Shown in pieces: positions 36,298-43,752 of a DNA stretch of 64,000 nucleotides. Position numbers and translations under genes: made by a program. Source of the DNA: a virus; the IMG/VR virus record IMGVR_UViG_3300024051_000003, positions 13,120 through 77,119 of that record; one strand, 5' to 3'. Positions within the stretch are counted from its first letter, which is position 1. Each line of letters begins with the position of its first letter. The notes under the pieces were generated by a model. It was not told the DNA's origin. It made no database searches and saw nothing but the letters and a program-made list of their open reading frames with translations.

Positions 36298-37041
36298 TTA
36301 CTCAGCCTGACGCTTGCGTGAAGCGTAGAGCGCTACGGCGCCACCGCCGAACAGGAGTGCTGCGAAACCGCCAAGCGCAACATCCTTGAATCCGGTATCT
36401 GGAAGAGGCTCGTCGTCACACTTCTTGTGCGACTTCTTTGTCGTCTCCCATTCCTTGGTCACCTCGGTTGTGGAGGCGCCTTCGATCCATGTGTTCGTGG
36501 CTTCGTCATACTCGTGAGTGACTGTTGTGGTCTCTTCACGCCACTTTGTGACAGTCACTTCCTTGCCTTCCACGCACTGTGGAGGCTGAACCTCCTTGAC
36601 CTTCTTGACGGTCACAATGTCGGCTGGCTTCTCGGGTACTGGGGGCGCTTCTGGCTCCAACTTGCAGTGGAGGAACTCGTCCGGGTTGCGGTCCTTGTTG
36701 AAGTATTCTGAGTTGTATTGGACCCACTCCACAGTGAAGTCCTTGTCGCCCTTAAGGAGCTTGGCGTACTCGAAATTCAAGACCCCTGATTGAACCTCAT
36801 CCTTGCTGAGGGGGCGGGACGTTCCGTCCGAGAGGCGAACACCAAGGTTCTTCCATCCAGAGGGGACGTTCAAGTCAACGTAAGCGTTGACCTGGAACTT
36901 CTTCCCGTCCTGAACGATGTCCATGTTGATGTGGTCGCCGTTCTTTAGGTCGGCTGCGGTGTACACCTGTGTTGATTCGCAGGTGAGTTGGTGGTCAGGG
37001 CCGCCCATGAACAGGCCCGCTGCGAGTGCTAGTTCAAGCAT
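36298..37041 (-). CDS. LPXTG cell-wall-anchored surface protein
   Basis: C-terminal LPDTG, hydrophobic segment and RKR tail; short hydrophobic N-terminus; Thr/Glu/Lys/Pro-rich stalk. Confidence 0.75.
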   Translation of the reverse strand: MLELALAAGLFMGGPDHQLTCESTQVYTAADLKNGDHINMDIVQDGKKFQVNAYVDLNVPSGWKNLGVRLSDGTSRPLSKDEVQSGVLNFEYAKLLKGDKDFTVEWVQYNSEYFNKDRNPDEFLHCKLEPEAPPVPEKPADIVTVKKVKEVQPPQCVEGKEVTVTKWREETTTVTHEYDEATNTWIEGASTTEVTKEWETTKKSHKKCDDEPLPDTGFKDVALGGFAALLFGGGAVALYASRKRQAE

Positions 37042-37339
37042 TCTTTGCCCTCTCAATTTCTGTGTAGATGTTTGGTCGTGCAATGCCCGTGGCTTCGGCA
37101 AGTTTGATGGCGCTCGTGCCAGCCTCTGAGGCGGTGAGGATTAGTTGGCGCCGCTCCTTGGTGAGTTGCGCCGCCTTCTTCTTCTCGATGTCCAAGATCT
37201 TTTGCGCTGTGTCGCGTTGTACGCGAAGCGATGTGATCTTTTGCGCGAGGAGCTCTTCCTCACGCTTGAGGCGAGTGACGTTCCGTTTTGCGGTGTCTAT
37301 CTGCTCCCTCAAGTCCCTGAGTTCACTAAGGTGTCCCAT
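37034..37339 (-). CDS. coiled-coil plus helix-turn-helix protein
   Basis: 'TSAIKLAEATGIARPNIY'. Confidence 0.65.
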   Translation of the reverse strand: MGHLSELRDLREQIDTAKRNVTRLKREEELLAQKITSLRVQRDTAQKILDIEKKKAAQLTKERRQLILTASEAGTSAIKLAEATGIARPNIYTEIERAKNA

Positions 37340-38208
37340 TACGATGCAACTTTCAGTAGTCGTGGCTTACTGGTTGTTGTGGTCTTGTTCTTGGCTCGGG
37401 CGTCTGCTCGCTTTTGTGCTGCGAGTTGCTTCTTCACCTCAGCCTCAAGTGCGGCGCGCAAGTCGTTCTCCGTCTGCGTTCCAGAGTTGACGGTGGATTT
37501 GTCACCAACGATGGCGACGGGCTTCTTGTGTGCTGCGATCTTCGCGAGCGCTATCTCCTTCTCGTCGCGTAACACTTCAGGTTTGAAGTCGAGCACCTTC
37601 TGCGTGGAGAGGATGGTCTCCGCCATAGAGAGCATGTCGGCGTCCACGGTGAACGATAGATCTGGGGCTTGCACAGCCTCCATGGAGCGCGCTACACGCT
37701 CTTGGAGGACTATTACCCCATCGTCGGAAATTAGACGCCACACAGAGGCCTGTGTGCGTGGAGCGTACTTGGTGACAAACGCCAACTCGGGGTGGTTGGC
37801 TATCATTTCAGCCAGCACCGCATAGCCCGCCTCCGAGCCGGTGTTTGGCTCAATGAAGTATGCACGCTCGCCAGCGGTGGAATTGAGTTCCACATCCTTG
37901 GCGCGGTAGATCTCCGGTGAGATCTTCTTGAACGCTTCGACGCTACTTGCCTTCACCGAGTCAAGCTCGTCTGCTGTGAGGATGGCGTAGCCTCCTTCGG
38001 TGGCGTAGGCGCGGGTTGCGTGCATTGGGATGCCTCCGCAGCCGTCACAGACGATCTCTTGGCGAGTTTTGGTGGGGTCGTGCGTCTCGTGGTCACACAC
38101 GCCGATGGTGGATGATTCTTTGGACTTGCTCTGGGTTGCGCTGGTGACCTTAACGGAGCCTGTGATGAGGCTAAATCCAAAGGGCACAGCCTTGCTGATT
38201 GTTGCCAT
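37339..38208 (-). CDS. ku: Ku-like DNA end-binding protein
   Basis: 'VPFGFSLITGSVKVTSAT', 'IVCDGCG', 'GGYAILTADEL', 'AYFIEP..GSEAGYAVL', 'DMLSMAETI', 'FKPEVLRD', basic C-terminal tail. Confidence 0.8.
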   Translation of the reverse strand: MATISKAVPFGFSLITGSVKVTSATQSKSKESSTIGVCDHETHDPTKTRQEIVCDGCGGIPMHATRAYATEGGYAILTADELDSVKASSVEAFKKISPEIYRAKDVELNSTAGERAYFIEPNTGSEAGYAVLAEMIANHPELAFVTKYAPRTQASVWRLISDDGVIVLQERVARSMEAVQAPDLSFTVDADMLSMAETILSTQKVLDFKPEVLRDEKEIALAKIAAHKKPVAIVGDKSTVNSGTQTENDLRAALEAEVKKQLAAQKRADARAKNKTTTTSKPRLLKVAS

Positions 38209-38277
38209 TTTTGATCCTTCGTAGAAGTGAGGTGTTTTCGCAGATCAGGATACGAAAAAGCCAAAAAATCCGTATCT

Positions 38278-38293
38278 CTGAAAGGTCATTTGA
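38278..38293. promoter_or_regulatory. recurrent operator-like motif copy downstream of the Ku promoter
   Basis: ctgaaaggtcatttga. Confidence 0.5.
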
Positions 38294-38304
38294 TGAGTAG
38301 ATTT

Positions 38305-38335
38305 ACTATAAACACGTGAACCTACATACTGTCAA
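38305..38335 (-). promoter_or_regulatory. sigmaA-type promoter for the Ku operon (TTGACA-N19-TATAGT)
   Basis: consensus -35 and near-consensus -10 on the minus strand, long spacer. Confidence 0.6.
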
Positions 38336-38395
38336 CACGAACCAGAAAGGCCGTGTTCCTCGTCCCGGAATGTCCAATTTTTCTTGAACGAAAAG

Positions 38396-38442
38396 TTCCC
38401 CCGGCAGGGCTTGAACCTGCCTAGCGTCCTATGCGCGGGGGA
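38396..38442 (-). ncRNA. tRNA-like element 2 (47 nt; acceptor stem plus T-arm)
   Basis: TCCCCCG-CGCATAGGACGCTAG-GCAGG[TTCAAGC]CCTGC-CGGGGGA-A; perfect 7-bp and 5-bp stems. Confidence 0.7.
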
Positions 38443-38451
38443 TGTTGAAAC

Positions 38452-39096
38452 CTAGAGAAGGTCATCCGCCAGTTCTTCTTCGCTCACCTTTTCGAGCGTG
38501 AGAAAACGCACGATCATATCCTTCAATATCCCCGGCAGAACGGCCCACTGTGACCAGAAGCCCCTCCGACCATGCTCGGGCAGCGCGGCGAAGGCGAGGA
38601 CCTCTTGGAAAGCGTCGCGCTCAATGGTGAGCGGGTTCCATAGTCCTCCATGGATCCCGTCATGCCAGACCACGCGGATCTCGATGCGATCATCCTCATC
38701 CTCTCCCTCTCCTAGCCACACTCCGACCTCACCATTCTCGGCCAGATAGTTCCTCGTGGAGGCTTCTATCACCCTCATCCGCAGCGCCGTGGCGTCAATG
38801 CCCCGAGATCCATCTAGGCTTGAAGTTGCGCGACCTAGGATAGTGTGAACCTTTGCGATGACATCGTTCAGTTCCTCAATGACGCCATGCAGCTCCAAGG
38901 GGATTGCGCTGAGCCCGCCAGCAAACCCCTCAAGGGAATCCTTTGCCTGGCCGTCACCGTCGCCCCTGTAGACCTCGAAGTCTCCCAGCATGATCTTCAT
39001 GTCATCTAGGGTGCCTAGAGTGTCTACATGAACCGTTGGGATGCCGTCGTCGCCTTGAGTGGTGGTTGCCCGGATCTTGCTCACATAGTTGCTCAT
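38452..39096 (-). CDS. hypothetical protein
   Basis: 214 aa, RBS ggag, ATGA-coupled. Confidence 0.6.
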   Translation of the reverse strand: MSNYVSKIRATTTQGDDGIPTVHVDTLGTLDDMKIMLGDFEVYRGDGDGQAKDSLEGFAGGLSAIPLELHGVIEELNDVIAKVHTILGRATSSLDGSRGIDATALRMRVIEASTRNYLAENGEVGVWLGEGEDEDDRIEIRVVWHDGIHGGLWNPLTIERDAFQEVLAFAALPEHGRRGFWSQWAVLPGILKDMIVRFLTLEKVSEEELADDLL

Positions 39097-39395
39097 CGTT
39101 CGTTCTCCATTTCGTCGGCTTTGAAGCGCATCGCATCCAAGACTTCTTGGAGCGTTCCGCTTGCGCTCCAGTCCTCGTGAGAGAACTCAAGCGTTGCGGT
39201 GAAAGAGTTGTCTTCGCGCATCTCTAGGTAGAGATCCAAGCTCTCGTCCGTCAGCCCCTGTTGGCTGGCCAGGAATGCTTGGATGCGCGGCCACAATTCA
39301 GATTCATGGCCCGCTATGTCATCCAGATCAATGATGAATGGACGATCCAGTAGGCGGGGGTGTAGGTGAAACTTTGTTGATGGTGTGAGTGGCAC
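39093..39395 (-). CDS. hypothetical protein
   Basis: coupled ORF. Confidence 0.55.
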   Translation of the reverse strand: MPLTPSTKFHLHPRLLDRPFIIDLDDIAGHESELWPRIQAFLASQQGLTDESLDLYLEMREDNSFTATLEFSHEDWSASGTLQEVLDAMRFKADEMENER

Positions 39396-39691
39396 TAGAC
39401 CTTCTTTCTGGGTAGTTCTTCAAAGTCAAGCGGCGCTTGGCCTAGGTCAAAAAGAGCCCCTTCACTGTCCACTGGGGGCCATGTACTTACGCTCAACTCG
39501 CCGCCGTCATACAGGGCGAATATGAGGAGGTTTCCGTTTAGGAGAAAGCCCCGGAGGGTACCCTCTTCGGCAGGTTCGCTCTCCCAGTCCTTTGCGATAC
39601 AAATTGCGGTTACGCGGGACACGATGGGTAGCGTCTCATACACCCCCGTACTCTCTGGGTTCGCAGAGATGCACCGAAAACTAGATCTCAT
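39395..39691 (-). CDS. hypothetical protein
   Basis: RBS aaagga. Confidence 0.55.
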   Translation of the reverse strand: MRSSFRCISANPESTGVYETLPIVSRVTAICIAKDWESEPAEEGTLRGFLLNGNLLIFALYDGGELSVSTWPPVDSEGALFDLGQAPLDFEELPRKKV

Positions 39692-39720
39692 GGTTTTTTC
39701 CTTTTCTGGGCGGGCGTTCG

Positions 39721-40200
39721 TTACATGATCCCCTCATAGCGCCCAAGCACTTGGACTTGCCCATCACGGGCTGCCCATTCCGTGTTGCCCCCGGAGAAGT
39801 GGAAGATCACACGGTCACCGGAGCGCTCAATGGTCTTCACAAACCCGGACGGCAAGAGGTCACCCTCCTCCACGTCTTTAGCGCGTTTTATGACAGAATC
39901 CCTGTCGGTGATTAGCGGGGCTGGGTCCACCCTTTGCGCCTGGTACCGCCGTGCATGAAATTCAACCTGATCCCACTGCCCTTGAGTTACGGGCGGGATG
40001 AATGACTCCCACACTTCTTCAAGGAGCTCTTGAGTCGGGTTGGTGAGGAAGTCTCTGAAGTCATCTGGAGACCAGATAGTGGCTGGAACTTCCAGCCTAC
40101 GGCGCACGGTGTCCAGCAGTGCGGCGCGTTGCGCCGGGCTGAGTTCTCTCCCTTGAAGCAGGGTATCAATCTCGTTAACTAGGATTGCGTAGTCGTTCAC
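39721..40200 (-). CDS. hypothetical protein with a C-terminal small beta-barrel-like domain
   Basis: 'AKDVEEGDLLPSGFV...' is similar to 41292-41675. Confidence 0.55.
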   Translation of the reverse strand: MNDYAILVNEIDTLLQGRELSPAQRAALLDTVRRRLEVPATIWSPDDFRDFLTNPTQELLEEVWESFIPPVTQGQWDQVEFHARRYQAQRVDPAPLITDRDSVIKRAKDVEEGDLLPSGFVKTIERSGDRVIFHFSGGNTEWAARDGQVQVLGRYEGIM

Positions 40201-40317
40201 TGCCGTTCCCCTTTCGTTTGGTTGTGATCTGAAAGTGTGATGAAGTCACTGACGTCCCGGCTAGCCTTGCTCATTGAAGTTCTCCTCTTGGTCGCGACTC
40301 ACGCTTCTCAACCTCCC

Positions 40318-40863
40318 TCATGGCGCGGCGTTCCGCTGCCGTCCATCCCGCACGGGCGCGCCCCAGTCGATACGCAACTGCTCATCCTTGCGTAAGCGTT
40401 GGGTGAGCGCCAAGTCTTTCCATTGCGCCCCAGTGAGTGACCGTAGCAGTCTCACAGGGACGTCAGCGCCGCCTTCAACGGCGTCCTTGACGTAATTCCA
40501 CCATTCAGTCTCTGCGGTGAGCCCTGCTGCTTCTTTGCGAGCCTCGGGCAAGGTGAGCTCATACTGCTCTGCGATCTCACGGAACCTGCGATCGCGCCAC
40601 GATGGATATGTTTCCACGGTCACTTTAGTCTCCTTGGGGTCATTGAGGAATCCCGTGAAGAATCCCTCTAGGGCATCTATTGCCCGCTTGTCAAAGAATG
40701 CAATGCGCGCCTTCCCTTCACCCATGGTGTAGGCAGGGGACACTTTGCCGCGTGCAAGCCAGTTAGAAAGGGCGCTCCTTGAGATGTGCAGCCTCTCTGC
40801 CACTTCTCCAGCCCTGTAATAGTCGCGCTCTAGGACATCCAGAGCCTCCTGTATGGGGTCCAT
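40318..40863 (-). CDS. helix-turn-helix DNA-binding protein (excisionase/MerR-like N-terminus)
   Basis: 'YYRAGEVAERLHISRSALSNWLARG'. Confidence 0.75.
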   Translation of the reverse strand: MDPIQEALDVLERDYYRAGEVAERLHISRSALSNWLARGKVSPAYTMGEGKARIAFFDKRAIDALEGFFTGFLNDPKETKVTVETYPSWRDRRFREIAEQYELTLPEARKEAAGLTAETEWWNYVKDAVEGGADVPVRLLRSLTGAQWKDLALTQRLRKDEQLRIDWGAPVRDGRQRNAAP

Positions 40864-40897
40864 CGCTTCTCCCTGTTGGTTTGGTGTAGTTTTGGGC

Positions 40898-40930
40898 AAA
40901 CATAAAGCCAGCCCCCACATGGAGGCTGGC
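40898..40930 (-). terminator. terminator (minus strand)
   Basis: gccagcctcc/gggggctggc plus tttatgttt. Confidence 0.7.
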
Positions 40931-40972
40931 AACATGATCAACCAAAGAAGTGTCCCTGTACGAACGCGGCTC

Positions 40973-41302
40973 TCACTTATCGCGCGGCACAGTGTAAGGC
41001 GGCCTCCACACGGCCTCTCTCGCCTGAAGACGCGGAAGATCCGACTCTAGCCCCAGGTGCTTATCAATGATGAACTCGCCATCCCCATTCAGGAACCCGA
41101 TAAGCATCCGATCCAGTTGTGACTTGCTGTGTTGCGGATACCCTCCAGCAGGCCCGGCAAACGGCATCGCGGGAATAGTGGTGATGAGATCACCTTTCCC
41201 CGGATGCGAAAGATAGATGCCCACGACATCTTCACCGGCACGGTGTTCTGCGACGATCTGCGCGCCGCGCTGGATCATTCTGTGTGACCATTCAACGCTC
41301 AT
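40973..41302 (-). CDS. hypothetical protein
   Basis: 109-aa ORF in the leftward array. Confidence 0.5.
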   Translation of the reverse strand: MSVEWSHRMIQRGAQIVAEHRAGEDVVGIYLSHPGKGDLITTIPAMPFAGPAGGYPQHSKSQLDRMLIGFLNGDGEFIIDKHLGLESDLPRLQAREAVWRPPYTVPRDK

Positions 41303-41675
41303 TGTTCACCAGCCCTTCAAAGTGCCCGTACACGGACACGGTATTCATCGCTTGAATCCAGCGGTGCTGCCCATCGTGAATCTTGACAGTCACCCAAGAA
41401 TCAGAGGCCTGTTCCACCTGTTCGACAAACCCGCAAGTGAGGAGATCTCCCGGAAGAAGATCCTGCGCAAGCTTCTGAATGGCTGTCCCCTCAGTGATAG
41501 GAAGAGGCTGTGGTGCGCCCAACTTCCTACCCTCAATGCCTTCCTGCTGGGCCTCTAGGATCTCAGACCAGAACACCTGCTCTTGGCGTTCAAACTTAGC
41601 GGTCAACTCTTGGCACAGTGGGCCACCCTCGCCCGGGTCGTGCCACCCGATGCATACAGGGCACTCTTCTGGCAT
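41292..41675 (-). CDS. hypothetical protein (N-terminal Cys/His motif, C-terminal beta-barrel-like domain)
   Basis: RBS ggag; 'CPVCIGWH'; 'AQDLLPGDLLTCGFV'. Confidence 0.55.
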   Translation of the reverse strand: MPEECPVCIGWHDPGEGGPLCQELTAKFERQEQVFWSEILEAQQEGIEGRKLGAPQPLPITEGTAIQKLAQDLLPGDLLTCGFVEQVEQASDSWVTVKIHDGQHRWIQAMNTVSVYGHFEGLVNNER

Positions 41676-41677
41676 GA

Positions 41678-41917
41678 CTACTCCAATCCTTGCAATGTGT
41701 CGTCTGAAGATGTGAGGAAGTTGTTGACATCCTCGGGTGTAGTAAACCATTCCTCATCGAGGTTGGCCTGCCTAAGTTTCGGGGCGGCGTAGAGTCGGTA
41801 CCCTTCCGGCTCGCCGTTCACGTTCCTATATTCCATTGCCCGGCCAGCATACTTGCCGCCGATAGTGAGGTAGTAGCCTTCACCGAGAGCGCCTTCGCTC
41901 CAGCGAACGTCATTCAT
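41678..41917 (-). CDS. small hypothetical protein
   Basis: MNDVRWSEG... Confidence 0.5.
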   Translation of the reverse strand: MNDVRWSEGALGEGYYLTIGGKYAGRAMEYRNVNGEPEGYRLYAAPKLRQANLDEEWFTTPEDVNNFLTSSDDTLQGLE

Positions 41918-42140
41918 TGGTTTCTCTTTCCAGTCGGTTGTAGTCTTCCAGGGCGACCTCAAGGTCTTCCAAGAGGGCCATAAGGTCGGGATTAAACCCT
42001 TGAGGCAGGGCCGAAGCGATCTCTTGTACGCCGTCCACGCCCATCACGTATACAATTGACCAGACGGCATTTTCTGCAAGGATCCGCTTGAACCCTTGCT
42101 CTCGCCGCCTTATCTGTTGGTGGTCCGTGCTATCGGGCAT
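41910..42140 (-). CDS. small hypothetical protein
   Basis: RBS aaggggg; MPDSTDH... Confidence 0.5.
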   Translation of the reverse strand: MPDSTDHQQIRRREQGFKRILAENAVWSIVYVMGVDGVQEIASALPQGFNPDLMALLEDLEVALEDYNRLERETNE

Positions 42141-42179
42141 TGATAGCCCCCTTTCTCTCTGGCTGTGGCGCGGCTGCAA

Positions 42180-42494
42180 TCAGAAGTTTCCTTGCAGGCC
42201 TTCTTCGCTCCAGTCGTCACCACTCAGAAGTGCATCGTGGCCGCCCCCACCCAGATGGCCTTTCATGTGACCACCAAGGATACGGGCGGAGCGAGGCTTT
42301 TCGCCAACGCTGTACTTGTCATAGTAGCCATTACGGTTACGTTCACGAGCTTTCCTTTTGCCCTCTGGAGAGCGAACAGGCCACCGCGCTATGCGATGGC
42401 CTGTTTCAAGCTTATGTTTGATTGCGTGCTGTTCGCCGGGAAGTTTTGGGTTGCATCCGGTGATGCAACACCTCCAGCGGTCGGCGTTCTTCAC
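42180..42494 (-). CDS. basic protein with a C2H2-like motif
   Basis: 'CCITGC...HAIKHKLETGH'. Confidence 0.5.
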   Translation of the reverse strand: MKNADRWRCCITGCNPKLPGEQHAIKHKLETGHRIARWPVRSPEGKRKARERNRNGYYDKYSVGEKPRSARILGGHMKGHLGGGGHDALLSGDDWSEEGLQGNF

Positions 42495-42652
42495 GGTTTC
42501 ATCTCCATGTCAGATCCCCTTTTCAGTGTTCGTGCGGGTACTCGCGGAACTCACAGAACGCGCACGTTGGGTCAAACTCAAGCGGGCTGCCGTCGTAATC
42601 AACCGCATCAGCGTGAGTGTCTACTGTTAGCGCAAAATCACGCCACATGGAT

Positions 42653-43156
42653 TCACTGTGCGCCATAGTTATCCCATTCCTCAGCCGTCATAATGCCCTC
42701 GTCAAGGGCGTACTGTTTCGCGGCGGCTTCCATGTTTTCGGCGTAGATCCCACCCATGTACTCATCCGTTTCCAGATCGTGCACGGTGTACACGTCGCCA
42801 CGTAGCCACATTGCCAGCGGCTCAATGGGTTGATAGCCAAAGTAAGCGATCTCCCACCAGTCGCCCTGCGAATATCCACGCAGAGTGATGACCTTGACGT
42901 CAACGTTAAAGAACCGTTTAACAACCTTTTGCGCGAGCTCTATGTTGTGACGGTCAGCAAGTTCCACGAAGGCGCGCATAGCGTCGTGGTCAGAGTTGTA
43001 ATCCTCCAGTGTTGACGAATGTCCGGATCCCATGAGGTGAAACTCTCCATCCCACCCCCATTCGAGCGGGCACTCTGAAGTCTGGTCGTCCTTAACCTCA
43101 AAGCGATCATTGAAAGTGTCAGGGATGACATGAATCCCCTGGGGTGTGTGTTTCAT
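42653..43156 (-). CDS. hypothetical protein
   Basis: 167 aa, RBS ggag. Confidence 0.6.
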   Translation of the reverse strand: MKHTPQGIHVIPDTFNDRFEVKDDQTSECPLEWGWDGEFHLMGSGHSSTLEDYNSDHDAMRAFVELADRHNIELAQKVVKRFFNVDVKVITLRGYSQGDWWEIAYFGYQPIEPLAMWLRGDVYTVHDLETDEYMGGIYAENMEAAAKQYALDEGIMTAEEWDNYGAQ

Positions 43157-43180
43157 TTTCTTCTCCCGTAATCCTGTTTG

Positions 43181-43477
43181 CTATTCCCGAATCTTGCCTT
43201 CATGGGATGAGACCAAATTGCCCTCATTGGGAAGTTCCGAGATCCGCTGAAGTTCCGCATCCACTTGGGAAGACCTGAGCCACCCCTTAGTGTCCCCAAC
43301 AACCTCGCCATCAAAGATGGCCGCCACCTCCCACAGGCCACGCTCTCCCCCATAGGTGTACGGGCCCATAATGACGGAACCCTCCCAGCCGTTAGAGAAC
43401 GCGTACCGGTGCGAGATATTACCATCCCGGCTTGCTGTCGAACTGGATGGCGTGAACCGCGTATTAGGCCGCCTCAT
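43181..43477 (-). CDS. hypothetical protein
   Basis: 'YAFSNGWEGSVIMGPYTYGGERGLWEVA'; ATGA-coupled. Confidence 0.6.
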   Translation of the reverse strand: MRRPNTRFTPSSSTASRDGNISHRYAFSNGWEGSVIMGPYTYGGERGLWEVAAIFDGEVVGDTKGWLRSSQVDAELQRISELPNEGNLVSSHEGKIRE

Positions 43478-43641
43478 GACAAGCTCCAAGCCCCAACAAA
43501 GTGCCCGTTGAGGTCATACATAGAGCCACTCACCCGACCCTCTTCCAGCCGTTCGACAACATCCTGAAGAATCCGTGCAACCTCAGCGTTACCGTCATCA
43601 TCAAAAGCCGCGTTGACGGTCTTCATGGTTAAAACGAACAT
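43474..43641 (-). CDS. small hypothetical protein
   Basis: MFVLTMKTVNAAFDDDGNAEVARILQDVVERLEEG... (55 aa, below the ORF-track cut-off); RBS gagga. Confidence 0.55.
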   Translation of the reverse strand: MFVLTMKTVNAAFDDDGNAEVARILQDVVERLEEGRVSGSMYDLNGHFVGAWSLS

Positions 43642-43685
43642 GATCTTTCCTCACGTTGAAACAACACCCACCGAACAGTGAGTTA

Positions 43686-43733
43686 GCGCTGCGCCGGGAA
43701 TCGAACCCGGAACACCTCACCAGAGGCACAGCA
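43686..43733 (-). ncRNA. tRNA-like element 3 (48 nt; acceptor stem, mini D-hairpin and T-arm; no anticodon arm)
   Basis: TGCTGTG-CCTC[TGGT]GAGG-TGTT-CCGGG[TTCGATT]CCCGG-CGCAGCG-C. Confidence 0.7.
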
Positions 43734-43752
43734 ACCGCCCCTACGGGGACTT

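Noticed and set aside
36187-43733. Canonical tRNA genes or a full tmRNA
   Set aside because: The elements are 47-62 nt, lack a canonical anticodon loop and encoded CCA, and have no tag-peptide ORF; reported as tRNA-like instead
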